A stretch of 63,254 nt of DNA, filler included, from Octopus bimaculoides (Eukaryota): assembly GCF_001194135.2 (NCBI RefSeq). It is 5 parts of 4 records of this genome, joined end to end, with 100 filler letters (N's around TTAATTAATTAA, not from the genome) between each part and the next. Parts side by side here need not be neighbours in the genome. Positions count along the whole stretch, not along the records: positions 1 to 29,916 come from NC_068983.1; 4 more parts are not named here. One strand, given 5' to 3'. The stretch's first letter is position 1. Every line of letters starts with the position of its first letter. This document shows positions 1 through 12,559 of the stretch, piece by piece. The notes under the pieces are model-generated. The model had not been told where the DNA came from, searched no databases, and saw only the letters and a program-made list of their open reading frames with translations. The position numbers were made by a program, and so were the translations under genes.

Positions 1-77
1 ATATATATATGTGTGTGTGTGTATATATATATGTATATATATGTATATATATATATATATGTGTGTGTTTGTATATA

Positions 78-109
<32 letters not shown>

Positions 110-168
110 TGTGTGTGTGTGTGTGTATATGTATATATATATGTGTGTGTGTGTGTGTATATATATAC
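1..168. repeat. Compound (TA)n/(TG)n microsatellite, the internal microsatellite of the adjoining SINE
   Basis: Directly visible dinucleotide arrays abutting the SINE core ACGACGGGCTTCTTTCAG. Confidence 0.95.
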
Positions 169-335
169 ACGACGGGCTTCTTTCAGTTTCCGTCTACCAA
201 ATCCACTCACAAGGCTTTGGTCGGCCCGAGGCTATAGTAGAAGACACTTGCCCAAGATATCATGCAGTGGGACTGAACCCAGAACCATGTGGTTGGTAAG
301 CAAGCTATTTACCACACAGCCATACCTGCGCCTAT
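169..335 (-). mobile_element. tRNA-derived SINE, family A (5' half)
   Basis: Reverse complement reads ATAGGCGCAGG.ATGGCTGTGTGGTAA...GGTTCTGGGTTCAGTCCCACTGC...CTTGGGCAAGTGTCTTCTACTATAGCCTCGGGCCGACCAAAGCC. It has A/B-box-like elements and near-identical copies at 846, 31284, 34165 and 46733. Confidence 0.9.
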
Positions 336-845
336 GGTAAAATATTTTAATTATTAAATTCTTTTTTTTTTAACACAATAACTATAATTTAAAAATCAAA
401 ATTATTTTGACCAGGTAATTAAAATCTTATGACCAAGTAATTATTACTTGATCACTAGACTTTTTATTAAAAAACTTGAATTGGCAAAATAACCCTTTAA
501 AGTTCTATTTTTTAAAGTACATGTTTGAAATGCCTGCTTGTTTTTATTTCTTTCTTCCATATTAATGTCACAAAAAAATGGCACTCAAATTTGAGATTCT
601 ATCAACTCAAAAATGTTGTGTAAATAAATATAAACTGAAAAACACTAGAGGAGATTAATAGGCCAATCACTAATTTATTAATTCTAACCCTACTCTCAAA
701 GAAATATTGAAATGAGGTGGGGAACAAAAATGGAAAATTTTTTAACATATATGTAGTTCTCCAGGTAACTTAAGAATGAAATAACTTGAGAACACCATAT
801 GGTGAATTTATTAATTGAAGAAAAAATTTATAAATATATAAAGAT

Positions 846-969
846 ATAGGCGCAGGAGTGACTGTGTGGCAAGTTGCTTGCTTACCAGCCACATGGTTCC
901 AGGTTCATTGCCACTGCGACCAAAGCCTTGTGAATGGATTTGGTAGACGGAAACTGAAAGAAGCCCGTC

Positions 970-1006
<37 letters not shown>

Positions 1007-1227
1007 GATGTGTATGTTTGTGTGTCTGTGTTTGACCCCCAACATCGCTTGAGAACCGATGGTGGTGTGTTTACGTCCCTGTAACTTAGCGGTTCGGCAA
1101 AAGACACCGATAGAATAAGTACTAGGCTTCCAAAGAATAAGTCCTGGGGTCGATTTGCTCGACTAAAGGCAGTGCTCCAGCATGGTCGCAGTCAAATGAC
1201 TGAAACAAGCAATAGAGTAAAAGAGTA
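846..1227 (+). mobile_element. tRNA-derived SINE, family A, nearly full length with central (TA)n/(TG)n tract
   Basis: Head ATAGGCGCAGGAGTGACTGTGTGG, core ...GACGGAAACTGAAAGAAGCCCGTCG, a microsatellite, then a 3' half ...GTAACTTAGCGGTTCGGCAAAAG...CAGCATGG...GAAACAAG and a (GAGTAAAA)-type tail. It matches the copy at 33924-34329 in the opposite orientation. Confidence 0.92.
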
Positions 1228-3466
1228 ATAAGAATAGAAGAAAAAAAGTTTCTCAGAATGAAGAACAGTTCCTGCAGACAATATGATACTTACAAGATAC
1301 ATTATGAATTTTAGAGATTCCCAGATAGATAGTGATGCTTAATTTAGACACACTTGAAAAATTACTGCCATAGCACATTGCAGATATAATGTTACACAAT
1401 ATATGCTTGGAAATGTAGTGTATATTTGTATGTGCATATTCATGAGTGATTGTGAGTACACATTAAACAGATAGATTAAGAATACAAGGAAAAGGTTGCT
1501 TGCTTCACATACACTTTGTAACCTATATTGTAGTGCAGTTCTTTCTATTTTCAGAGAAGTTCTACTATCAAGTTTCATAAATATAACCAAAACACTTTCA
1601 TAAAGAGCAGTTAGTTTTAAAACCCAGCTACTTGATTAGTGGTATGACTAACAATACACTATGTCGCTCTATTAATGAACAAGCAACTAAAATATTCAGG
1701 AAATAAATCCATATAACTTCCAACAACATTTAAATCCTCAAAGGGGGAGGGGAAAATCCTTGTATTTTTGTTTAATCTTTCCTTCAACAGTAATATACGT
1801 ATATTAGCTTTATTTGAGAAAGACAGACTAGATGTTAGGTAAAATAAAAAGGTAAATGTTTTCTAATTCTTTGGGGCTTATTTATAGTTTCTTGACATGT
1901 GAATGCAAATAAATGGATGAAAAGTCTTCCTTATCTAGCTAGGTAAAGTGAATCAAATGAAATTAAGTAACTGGTCTAAAGCATGCAACTACAATAGAAT
2001 ACAAAATCCTGATCAAAAAGGGCAGTAAACTGCAAACAAATGATGTTTCAATGTTTAAGAATATTGTGAATTAATTTACAAGTAAATATCAACAACAAAA
2101 TCAGCTAAGACAACACTAGTTTAAGAAATACAAACAATACAAACATCTGTTAGGAAAGCAGGCATCAAATATTATAACAGGCACACTGGTGAATTAGAAA
2201 CAGAAACAAAAATAAAGAAAAAAATATAACTGCTGTATTTTCTGGCATGGAAAATGCACTTTTAGTAAGAAAAGTACCTTGAAAATTACCATGCATTTTC
2301 CTTGATACTAGCTAAGTTGTTGTGGTTTCCTGAAAACAACAGCATGGTTGGCAGATGTCAATAGCTGGTATGTAGTCAGCAGTGCTGGATGTGGTACAAA
2401 CACTGAAGTGTGTCACATGAATAATCACAAAAGAGTTAAAGTAAAGAGCATAGTGATGTGTACTAAAATAATACCTAGCAGCAAAGCACCACATAGATAG
2501 CCATTGTCTAGTGATTTCACTTAACAATCAACATGAGAACTCTGCTAGTTTATACACCAATTTTGTCTGATGACAAACATTTAGCACATGCCTGCTGAAC
2601 ATTACCTAATCACATGGATAGGACATTTTTCCTAGAAATACATTTCCAAAATCAGAGAGCATCTTTTACAAAGCAATGTCCACTATGCTGTAAAAATACA
2701 GGAAATAAATCTTGAAAGAAGTGGCTACTTTGCTATGCAGCCCTAAGTAGAAAACACTAAATGAACTGAAAATATTTCTTATAAACACTTTTGCAACATA
2801 AGCTTGTCACCCTTTCTGTATTGTATATAGAAGCAGAAAAAGAGGTAATTCTTAGAAATGAATTTTTAATAGACAAGTTATATTATTTTTTATGAACTTC
2901 GCTATTTTTTTTTTAAAAGATGAAAAACAAAATTTTATGCATTTGAGCTTTACATGACAACTTTGAAATTCCCCCAAAACAATACGAGTGTATCTAAGTG
3001 AAAATCCAGAGCAATAATAATTAATGTCAATGTTTTGTAACTAAAAAAAAAAAAATTCAAATGTGATTCAAGTATCCATTTTGAGAGTGAAATTATACAT
3101 ATGATGTATTATATATTTGGTGTCGCAATATTAAAAGAAGGAAATGAACTTAAAGACAATATTTGTGAGAAAGCTTGCTTTGTGGACAATAAACCCATGT
3201 TTGCACAAATGCAATGTGTACATGTGCTTATGAGAATCTGATGGAATTTCTCCTCTCCTACAAAATTCAGAATGCAAAATAAAAGATACATTTAGAAATC
3301 ATAAGCACAATGTGAAACAAAGTATATTCAGAGGATCCTAGAGAAAAAGCTAAAGGAAAGGATAGAGTCAGAATTCCTTCAAGTATTAGACTCTGATGAA
3401 GGAATAATCAGTTTAAGAAAAGTGAATGACAGACTTAATGCAAAAGAAACTACTCCCCCAAAATAA

Positions 3467-3625
3467 TCGAGAATAACCAGCCAAAATTGCAAAGATAATC
3501 TGGATCATGACTAAAGAGAGAAATCTCCGAATGACATGTCTGTATTTTCTTTGTATCATCTATCTGTATGTTTTGTCCCTTTCTTGTATCACCTAACTGT
3601 GTGGATGTTTTGCGTTCTTGTCCCA
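3467..3625. repeat. 159-bp dispersed repeat, copy 1 (possible PLE terminal sequence)
   Basis: About 90% identical by eye to 5889-6047 in the same orientation (TCGAGAATAACCAG...GAATGACATGTC...TTGCGTTCTTGTCCCA). Confidence 0.85.
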
Positions 3626-3635
3626 TTCTGTATTA

Positions 3636-3673
<38 letters not shown>

Positions 3674-3715
3674 CGGCATACATACACTTTGTCTCTTATA
3701 TGTAATTACACATCA

Positions 3716-5700
3716 TGATCATCATCGTTTAACGTCCGCTTTCCATGCTAGCATGGGCTGGACGATTTGACTGAGGACTGGTGAAACCAGATGGCTACAC
3801 CAGGCTCCTATCTGAGTGTAGTGGGTGCTTTTACGTGCCACCGGCCACGCTCAAAATGGTGTATTTTATGTGCCACCTGCACAGGAGCCAGTTCGACAGC
3901 ACTGGCAACGATCTTGCTCAAATGTCTTTACATGAGCCATCCGGCACAAGTGCCAGGAAGGCGATGCTGGGCACAGGTGCCATGACGATTTTGCTTTTGC
4001 TTGCCCCAACAGGTCTTCACAAGCCGAGTTTCATGTCCAATGAAGGAGACGACGTTGGCATGGGCACCAGTCGTCGAATTTAATTTGATTTCGATTTCAC
4101 TTGCTTCAACAGGTCTTCGCAAGTAGAGTTTAGTGTCCAATGAAGGAAGGTACGCATAAGTGGGCTGGATGAGGCCTTAGATTTAGGTCTCACCTGGCTT
4201 GCCAGGTCTTCTCAAGCACAGCATATTTCCAAAGGTCTCGGTCAGAAGTCATCGCCTCGGTGTGGCCCAATGTTCGAAGGTTGTGCCTCACCACCTCATC
4301 CCAGGTCTTTCTGGGACTACCTCTTCCACAGGTTCCCTCAACTGCAAGAGTGTGGCACTTTTTCACACAGCTATCCTCATCCATTCTCGCTACATGACCA
4401 TACCAGCGCAATCGTCTCTCTTGCACACCACAACTGATGCTTCATAAGTTCAACTTTTCTCTCAAGGTACTAACACTCTGTCTAGTATGCACACTGACAT
4501 TACACATCCATCAGAGCATACTGGCTTCATTCCTTGCAAGCCTACGCATGTCCTCAGCAGTCACAGCCCATGTTTCACTGCCATGAAGCATGCCTGTTAA
4601 CTTCCTAGTTAACCTTTCTTTGATATTGCTGCACCTTTTATGTGTCCATCGCTTGCACTGGGTACATCTTATAGAGTTTCTACCTATGCCTTTTCTACAG
4701 ATCAAGCAGGGCCATCTACCTGAAGGGGTTTGTGTTTTTTCTACCTTCCTACTTATTAGGACTTTGGTTTTATCTAGGTTGACTCTAAGGCCCTTCGATT
4801 CTAGTCCTTGCTTNNNNNNNNNNNNNNNNNNNNNNNNNNNNNNNNNNNNNNNNNNNNNNNNNNNNNNNNNNNNNNNNNNNGCAATTAGTGCAAGGTCATC
4901 AGCATAGAGGAGCTCTCAGGGGCATCCTGTCTTGAATTCCTCTGTTATCGCCTGGAGGACTATGATAAATAGGAGGGGGCTGAGGACAGAACTTTGGTGA
5001 ACCCCTACCTCTACCCGGAATTTTTCACTGTACTCGTTGCCAACCCTCACCTTACTGACAGCGTCTCTGTACATGGCTCGCACAGCTCTCACTAACCATT
5101 CTGCTATCCCTAGTTTCCTCATTGACCACCAGATAAGGGATTGGAGGACCCTGTCAAAGGCTTTCTCCATGTCAACGAAAGCCAGGTACAGAGATTTATC
5201 TTTGGCTAGGTATTTCTCCTGCAGCTGTCTTACCAGAAATATAGTATCAGTGGTGCTTTTCCCTGGCATAAATCCAAACTGCATCTCATCTAAACTGATT
5301 CTCTCCGTAATTAGTTGGGCTATGAGTCTCTCCGTGACTTTCATTACCTGATCTAACAACTTGATACCTCTGTAATTATTTGTATGTAAAGTGTCACCTT
5401 TACCTTTGTAGCAGTTGACTATGGTGCTTCTACACCAGTCATTGGGTATGACTCCTTCATGTATCACCTGATTAATGATACGGGTGACTAGGCTATAGCC
5501 GACACTGCCAGATATTTTGAGCATTTCTGCAGTCATTCCTGAAGGGCCGGGGGGCTTTCCCTGTCTTCATACTCTTAATAGCTTTATCTACCATGGTACT
5601 GTCAACTCGAGTCGCTGGTCCCTCTGTTGGATCGACATTCGGCAGACTCTCTTCCTCCCATTCATTCTCTTTATTGAGCAACCTTTCGTAGTGATCTTGA
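3716..5700 (-). mobile_element. 5'-truncated RTE-clade LINE (RT domain, C-terminus and 3' UTR), frameshifted
   Basis: Minus-strand ORF fragments: KAPGPSG-like motif, then MTAEMLK...YKGKGD...NYRGIKLL...QFGFMPGKSTTDTIFLVRQLQEKY...AFVDMEKAFDRV...QSSVLSPLLF...ELLYADDL, then RRLRWYGHVARM...GRGSPRKTW. The 3' end is ACGTTAAACGATGATGAT. Confidence 0.93.
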
Positions 5701-5888
5701 ATGACTATTTCTGTCTATCAGCCCCTTCACCCTTATTCATTCATTCCACTGTTTGTTCTTTTGTTCTCCCTCGCTCACATTTCCTTGCCTTCTCTTTTCC
5801 CTCCACTTTTCACTTCACTGTGTCCCTGTCATTTTTTCTCAACCCTCCCTAATTCTTTTGGCCCTCTGCCTCAACCTCTCTCTCTTCT

Positions 5889-6047
5889 TCGAGAATAACC
5901 AGCTGAAGTTGCAAAGATAATCTGAATCTCGACAGAAGAGAGAAAACTCCAAATGACATGTCCGTGTTTTCTTTGTATCGTCTATCTGTATGTTTTGTCC
6001 CTTTCTTGTATCACCTAACTGTCTGGATATTTTGCGTTCTTGTCCCA
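5889..6047. repeat. 159-bp dispersed repeat, copy 2
   Basis: Direct repeat of 3467-3625; lies about 13 bp upstream of a Penelope GIY-YIG remnant. Confidence 0.85.
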
Positions 6048-6060
6048 AGTTTTTAAGTGT

Positions 6061-6435
6061 GAATGCTAGGACCAAAAATGTGGTTTATCAATAACGACTA
6101 ACACAGAGGTCTCGCATTATATTGGTTGCTCTTCATTGCAGGTCTCTGAGAGAATCTCTAACCATTACTCGTCCTTTAGGCATAGGAATAAAAATAATAG
6201 TACCTGTCTTAGTAAGTTAATCTGAAAATTTAAGGACTGCAATAGACAATTCTCTTTGGAATGGTCAATACTGGCTACCTCAATACTCTACGACAAGGGT
6301 AAAGATTTCTATCCTCTCTGTAACTTGGAGCTATTCCAAATTCTGTTCTCCAAGAATAATTTAGTGAACCAGATAACACAGAGAGCATACAGATGCCAGC
6401 ATTGGAGGAAGCACACCTTCAGCTCGTTTCATTAA
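6061..6435 (+). mobile_element. Penelope-like element remnant (GIY-YIG endonuclease C-terminus)
   Basis: Frameshift-corrected translation: RTKNVVYQ..TTNTEVSHYIGCSSLQVSERIS.HYSSFRHRNKNNSTCLSKLI*KFKDCNRQFSLEWSILATS...PLCNLELFQIL...RCQHWRKHTF. This has the VY..YIG motif and the typical PLE C-terminal Cys/His motifs. Confidence 0.8.
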
Positions 6436-7677
6436 TTTCATCCTTTTTACTAATTTTAGTTATTATTTTTTTCACCTACCAACATACTCACTTGTTGACA
6501 CCCACTTTACATGTGATATGAACTATCACCCCACTTTGAATTTATTTAACTTTAGACAATAACAACAATAGTAATAATAACAATAATAAATTTATTTTTA
6601 CATTTATAATAATAATATTAACAACTATGAGAATAATAACGCTATAATATTATGTAAAATAACAATTGTATCTAAACTCCAACGCCAGTTGTTCAAACTC
6701 TTTCTCCTTCTCTAGTTGGTTCAGAATGTTTATCCCCAAAAAGTTACATTCGTAGAGTTTAAAGTATACTTGTATATATTTCCATATATACTACCGATTT
6801 TGTTATTATAAGCATGTTTATTCTTATTATATCATCACTTTATAGTTTTGTACCTTGTATTGCCATTTATTTAGGTTAATTACCGTAACTTAATATGATA
6901 CAATATTATGGTTAATTAATTATATTTACAATCCATCTTTAATTTTCCTTCCTTATAAACCTTTATTTACACAGTTAGTAGTATACAAACAATTCATTGG
7001 ATTCTCTCCCTTTCTCCTACCAATTACTAAAAAAAATTTTATTACCATTATTATTAACTTTAAGATATTTCTGCAGTTCATCATGTTGTCTTTTAATTAA
7101 AATCTTAGTATAGTGTTCATAGCCTCTCTCTCTAAAAAGCTCCCTGTAAATTAGCGTTCATGTTTCTAATGGTCATTTAACTTAGCTATATCGTGTTATT
7201 ACTCGTGCGTACCCTTAGCATTCAGCGCGAGTGTTGCATTTGCAATATGGTTCCCTGATGATGAAATTATATGTATACACCAGCATCTCTCACTTCTTTG
7301 GAGGAGCGTGCATAAAATTTTTGAAACATATGGAGGAATTAAAGGAACTTATTGATTATATGTGTTTTGCTCCATTTATTATTATTCTTTATATCTACTC
7401 AAACTATATCACTTTAAAGTGGAATTTATAGCCATTAACCGCGTATAATATCCAAGTTTTAGCATGATTTTTGCTACCCTGGTAACTATCAACATATTTG
7501 CATTATCAAAGTTTTTCAACCAAGATAATATTAATACATACATAAATTAAAATATATATATACAAATACATATGTGTNNNNNNNNNNNNNNNNNNNNNNN
7601 NNNNNNNNNNNNNNNNNNNNNNNNNNNNNNNNNNNNNNNNNNNNNNNNNNNNNNNNNNNNNNNNNNNNNNNNNNNNN

Positions 7678-8921
7678 AAGGGACCTAAAATGTTCTCGTG
7701 ATACAAGCCCATTGTAATTCAGGTTTCTGCATCTAGAAGCCACTTGATGCTACCCTGGCGTCGTTGTATCTAGTCCTATTGCTGCTTGGTATGTCTTTTT
7801 TTTGCAGTGCTTATCTCCTGTTTGTGGATTTTTGCAATGATTGAAATGAAGGAACAGCGTGCTTCCATGAAATTCTGTTTTCTGCCTTGGAAAATGGTGG
7901 CCAAAACAGTTGTCTTGCTTGAAACAGCTTGGAAAGACACTGCTATGAGCAAAACACAAGTTTACAAGTGGTTTTCATGTATTAGGAGCAGTTACTTATC
8001 ACTTGAGGACCAATCTTGTTGAGGGTGACTGTTGACCTCCTGAGCGAATGAAAATATCAAACTAATCCTAGAGGACCATCGCTGCATAATTGATGAATTT
8101 GTTGATATGACTGGTGTGTCCTGGAGCTACTGCCAGAAAAGTTTGAGCAAGGAATTGCCAATGAAAAGAGTTGCAGCAAAATTTGTGTCACACTTTTCAC
8201 AGAAGATAAAAACAGTCATGACTGAATGTGTGTTGTGAACTGAAAGGACAATTGGAAATTGATCCATACCTTTTTTCAAAGGCTATTCTGGTGACAAAAG
8301 CTGGTGCTATGGCTACGACCTGGAAACAAAGCAGCAATCAAGTGAATGGATTCTTTTGATGTTTCCATCCCCCCAAAAAGCACATCAAGTGAATTCCAGT
8401 GTCAAGACAATACTGATTTGTTTCATCGATGTGAAAGGAATTGTCCACATAGAATTTCTTCCTCCTGGTGAAACTGTTAACCAGGCATCTTGCTGAAGAG
8501 TTCTGACGTATTTGTGAAATGTGGTGAGATGAAAACGCTCTGACCTGTGGCAAAGTAGAGAGTGGTGGTTTCATCATGACAATGTGCCTGGTCACACGGG
8601 CTTGAGTGTGAGACCCCACTTACTTACCCTCCCTTTTTACCTAATCTTGCTCCCTGTGGCCTTTTTTTTATTTCCTTGAATGAAAGAAGTCCTTAAAGAA
8701 AAGCGTTTTGCAGATCTGAAAAAGGTGAAGAAAAAAACGATGGAGGCGTTGAAAGACATCTCTTTCCAAGTGTTTCAAGACTGCTTTGAACAGTGGAAAA
8801 TGCCTCTAGACCAATGCATTGCTTCAAGTGGAGAATACTTTGAAGGCAGTAAAAGTGTAAACATGTAAAACTAAGTAAATAAAATAATATTGCAATCCGG
8901 TTTCTTTTGGGTACTCCCTCA
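7678..8921 (+). mobile_element. Decayed mariner (Mos1-like DD34D) DNA transposon; 5' TIR lost in an assembly gap
   Basis: MIEMKEQRASMKFCF...KTQVYKWF; GDKSWCYGY (GDETW-like); FHHDNVP.HT; PFLPNLAPC (YSPDLAP-like); GEYFEG. The 3' TIR is ATTGCAATCCGGTTTCTTTTGGGTACTCCCTCA followed by TA. Confidence 0.9.
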
Positions 8922-9169
8922 TATATGTGTGTGTATATATACATTTATGAATGTTTTGCAAGATCCCTGATGTGAATTCATGTGTCGAAGCAGATACTGT
9001 TATATTTTGGGATGGTCTTTTTTTTTCATGCCAAATAAACACATGCATTATATATTCGTCCTTCAGACTATTATTGCTCTTATTTTATCATATATCCATT
9101 GTCTGAAAATATTTCATGACGCATCTGTGGCATCAGTATACATACAAACATAAATATTTAAAAACACAG

Positions 9170-9176
9170 GCGCGCG

Positions 9177-9228
<52 letters not shown>
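9170..9228. repeat. (CA)n microsatellite
   Basis: Directly visible. Confidence 0.95.
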
Positions 9229-9231
<3 letters not shown>

Positions 9232-9297
9232 TCCCTTAAACATTAATTTTCAAAAGGACAAATAATTTTGTGTTTACAATTACAATTGCATTTATTC

Positions 9298-10115
9298 ACT
9301 AGGCCTATCTCTCTGACCTCGTATGTTTCCAAGGGCATGGAATGCAGTCTCAGAAGGAAGCTGATCACATTCATGGAAGAAAATAACATGGTTTTCATCC
9401 ATGGTGGAGCTGCTGCATGCAACTGCTACAACATTATGACTATGTACTGAAACAATAGCTCACTCACTCAAATGTGGATTGATATCTCTTGACTTTGCTG
9501 GGCCTTTGACAAAGTTGAACATGATATTATGGTCACAAATTGTATGACCTTGGTATCACTGGAAAATTAGGAGAGTTGCTGCATGACTATTTTAAAAGGC
9601 AGGAGTCAAGACAATTGCAGCCAATGGAGCTTTCTCTGGAGAGACATCAATTCTTAGTGGAGCCTCTCAGGGAATTGTACTGGGACCACTACTGCTTGTG
9701 GTGGCCCTCTCAGACATGCTCTTCATTCATACAGTCAGCCACTCTTGCCAGCTAAGTTGAAAAATCAAAAGAATCACAGGCAGTCAGGAACCCTGATGAC
9801 ATCCTAAAACTGCAGAAATTCCTGAATGCAATATATAGGTGGGCTGATGAAAATAACATGCAGTTGTAGTGCTGAGAAGTTTTGAGCACTCCACAATTAG
9901 TTCACAAATAGACTACAATCAAAATACACAGTAGTGCAATCCCTGGGTCAGAGACCGTGCATTACCTGGGAATCCATATGAGTAATGATGCCACATTCCA
10001 AGTACATATTTTTTCCAAGAATGCAACGCTGTGCAGGCAAGTAGCTGGATGAATTCTGAGATCATTATGAACCAGGAAAAAGGGTACCATGCTACTTCTA
10101 TGGAGAACTTATTTG
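9298..10115 (+). mobile_element. Decayed CR1-like LINE reverse transcriptase fragment
   Basis: Across frameshifts: RPISLTS.VSK.ME; LDFA..FDKV.H; LGITGKLGE.LHD; SGASQGIVLGPLL; IYRWADENNMQ. Confidence 0.82.
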
Positions 10116-11313
10116 AAGGCAGGAGCATGCATAATTGGCTTTGAGCGTGTGCATGTGGGGGTGGGGGTTGATTGGGTGGTAGTTTGTGTGTGGGGGTGTT
10201 ACTCTCTATGTATATATATATATATGTATGGATTGAGGGAGTACTGTGTGGGATGGCAGTTTATCTGTTTGAGTGTGTGGTAGCATTAAGGTGTAGCAGT
10301 TGTAGGATATGGAGTTAAGAAGTTGAGTGATGTGTGTGTGAGTGCATGCATGTCTCTATGTGTGTATGCGTCCATGTGTATGAGTATGTTTACAAGCATG
10401 TATGTATGTGTACAAGTGTGTGTGTGTTGGTATGTGAGGAGCTTTTTTGTCTGTGCTTGTGATTTTATTTAAGTGTGTATGTGTAGGTGTGTGTAAAGTA
10501 AACATGTAAGTGTATAGAAGAGAAGTGGAGAGAGAAAAGGAGTGGAAGTGGAAGAAACGAGGGGATTGATGACAGAGATGAAAGTTGAAAGTTGTCACAA
10601 GGTGTGGGGTGAGTACAAAAGGCATATGACTTCATCTGTGTATATAAAAGGCAGGATGTGTGTGTGTGTGTGTGCGTACGTAAATGTAATTTATGCACAT
10701 CCACAAATTAGCATGCATGTCACTCCGATTTTAGGAGGAGATTTGTCATGACCCTAGCTGTATTTTTGTGAATTTATTTTTCTCAGAGGCACCAGCGAAT
10801 AGCAGTAAAAATAAATTTTCAACCAAAACTTTTAGCAATTTTCAAGTCGGAGAAATCACCATTGTTTACAAACAGGAGTTAAGTCCCCTTTTAGCTACGA
10901 GTAAGTTTTGTTAAGACTTTTGTTGTTTTTTTTTTCTATTGAGGAAAAACGTGTTTTGTTGATATACGGGCAACACACACACACACACACACGAACATGT
11001 ATGCAATAGGTGTACGTACGTGTGTATATGTGTGTGTGCGTTNNNNNNNNNNTATATATATATATATATATATGGTGATAAATTGAATATTAACTCAATT
11101 TAAAACCAAGTGGCCTAGCATATAAAAAATATGAAAATTCAGAAAAATTTTATTACATGTGGAATGACCACTAAGTGGACATCTGATATGCTAGAAAGAG
11201 GTCATCAACAACCCAACCACAAAAAAAAATAATGTTCTCCAGAAAAATTTTTCGCAAAACACCAGAACATAAGCTGGCAAGACAAAATGAGAAATATATA
11301 GAATAAAGAATTA

Positions 11314-11380
11314 ATTGTGTACCGGTTTCGACATTAACATTTTACTTACGTAACAACATCCGTGTTCTCTTCAGCACAAT
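11314..11380 (-). ncRNA. Type-I hammerhead ribozyme motif (intact catalytic core)
   Basis: Minus strand: ATTGTG-CTGAAGA-G(36 nt)C-GAAA-CCG-GTA-CACAAT. Helix I is a perfect 6 bp, helix II is closed by G-C, helix III is the palindrome ACCGGT, and the cleavage triplet is GUA. Confidence 0.8.
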
Positions 11381-11673
11381 CGTTCTAGAATCAATATAAT
11401 TTGCAGAACTATACACGAATTGTCTTCATAGAATAAGACTTGCGTACAGTTCTACTGATTACATTGGGGTTATTTTTCAAAATGTCTCAGCTCTGGCATG
11501 CCAAATTCCGGGAACAATTCTGCAGAGAATAATTCACTGCAGTATATGTTGCTGGCTGGAGAACATAATTATTTAAATTATTATTTATATATAGAGGGTG
11601 ATAAATTGAATATTAATTCAATTTAAAACCAAATGGCCTAGCATATAAAAAATCTGAAAATTCAGAAAAAAGA

Positions 11674-11736
11674 ATTGTGTACCGGTTCGACATTAATGTT
11701 TTGCTTACGTAACAACATCTGTGTTCTCAGCACAAT
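11674..11736 (-). pseudogene. Inactivated second copy of the hammerhead motif
   Basis: Same sequence as 11314-11380, but CTGAAGA has lost 3 nt and GAAA is reduced to GAA. Confidence 0.75.
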
Positions 11737-11828
11737 CATTCTAGAATCAATATAATTTGCAGAACTATACACGAATTATCGACCTTTTTCTAGCATATCG
11801 GATGTCCACTTAGTGGTCATCCCGTCTT

Positions 11829-11861
<33 letters not shown>

Positions 11862-12559
11862 CTTAAAACTTAGTTGTGATCTGAACATAACCGCTTCTGA
11901 CACAGAAAATCGGGAGCCCTTTTGGGCATTCTATTTTCCTTCCTGGAAGGGTTCCCAACCCATGGGCAAAGGGAAGTTAGATGATGGAGGGTGGGGGTGT
12001 TTTCAACCTGATCACCTCTGTCGCGACACTGATTCTGCAGAACTTGGTTGTGTGTGAAAACCAACTCTCAAGTATAAATATAGATGTTTTTGAATCAGCA
12101 ATATTGTGTTTGGTTAAGTCCTATTTGGGGTGAAAAATCAATAAACTGATTCCTTATGGGGTTTTCCATTTAATCAGGATAAAAAAAAAAAAATTGATAA
12201 ACTGATTCCTTATAGTATTTCCTAATGAAATTGGCTACACCCCATTTTAAACCATAACTTTTACCAATTTTGATGTATTTTGTTCAAACTTGATGCTAGT
12301 ATTACTTAGGACTCATGAGATCTTTAAATGCTTTAAGTTCTCCAAAAATGAAAAAAAAAAAAAAAATCAATGAGTGGAAAAAATCTATAAACTAATTCCT
12401 TATGGGGTTACCTGATCAAGTTGTCTGCAACTCATTTTCAGCCAAAAGTTTACCAATTTCAACAGATTTCGCCCATATTTGATGTTGATGTTACTTAGTT
12501 TGGTTTGAAATAAAGAACTTGATTAGCTTCATAACCCTAACTTAATCCCGGGCAAAGCT

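Larger units (their letters stand above)
11074..11820 (-). mobile_element. PLE pseudo-LTR or retrozyme-like block: tandem ~360-nt units, each with a hammerhead motif, plus a 40-bp inverted repeat
   Basis: Direct repeats 11074-11147 = 11597-11670 and 11314-11421 = 11674-11777. Inverted repeat 11164-11203 vs 11781-11820 (2 mismatches). HHR cores on the minus strand. Confidence 0.75.

Noticed and set aside
9-340. ORFs such as MCVCVYIY..., here and throughout 30-63 kb
   Set aside because: They are translations of dinucleotide microsatellites or runs through N gaps and have no coding signal.
3467-6047. 159-bp repeats as the RTE target-site duplication
   Set aside because: They are about 10% diverged and separated from the RTE ends by about 90 and 190 bp of other sequence.
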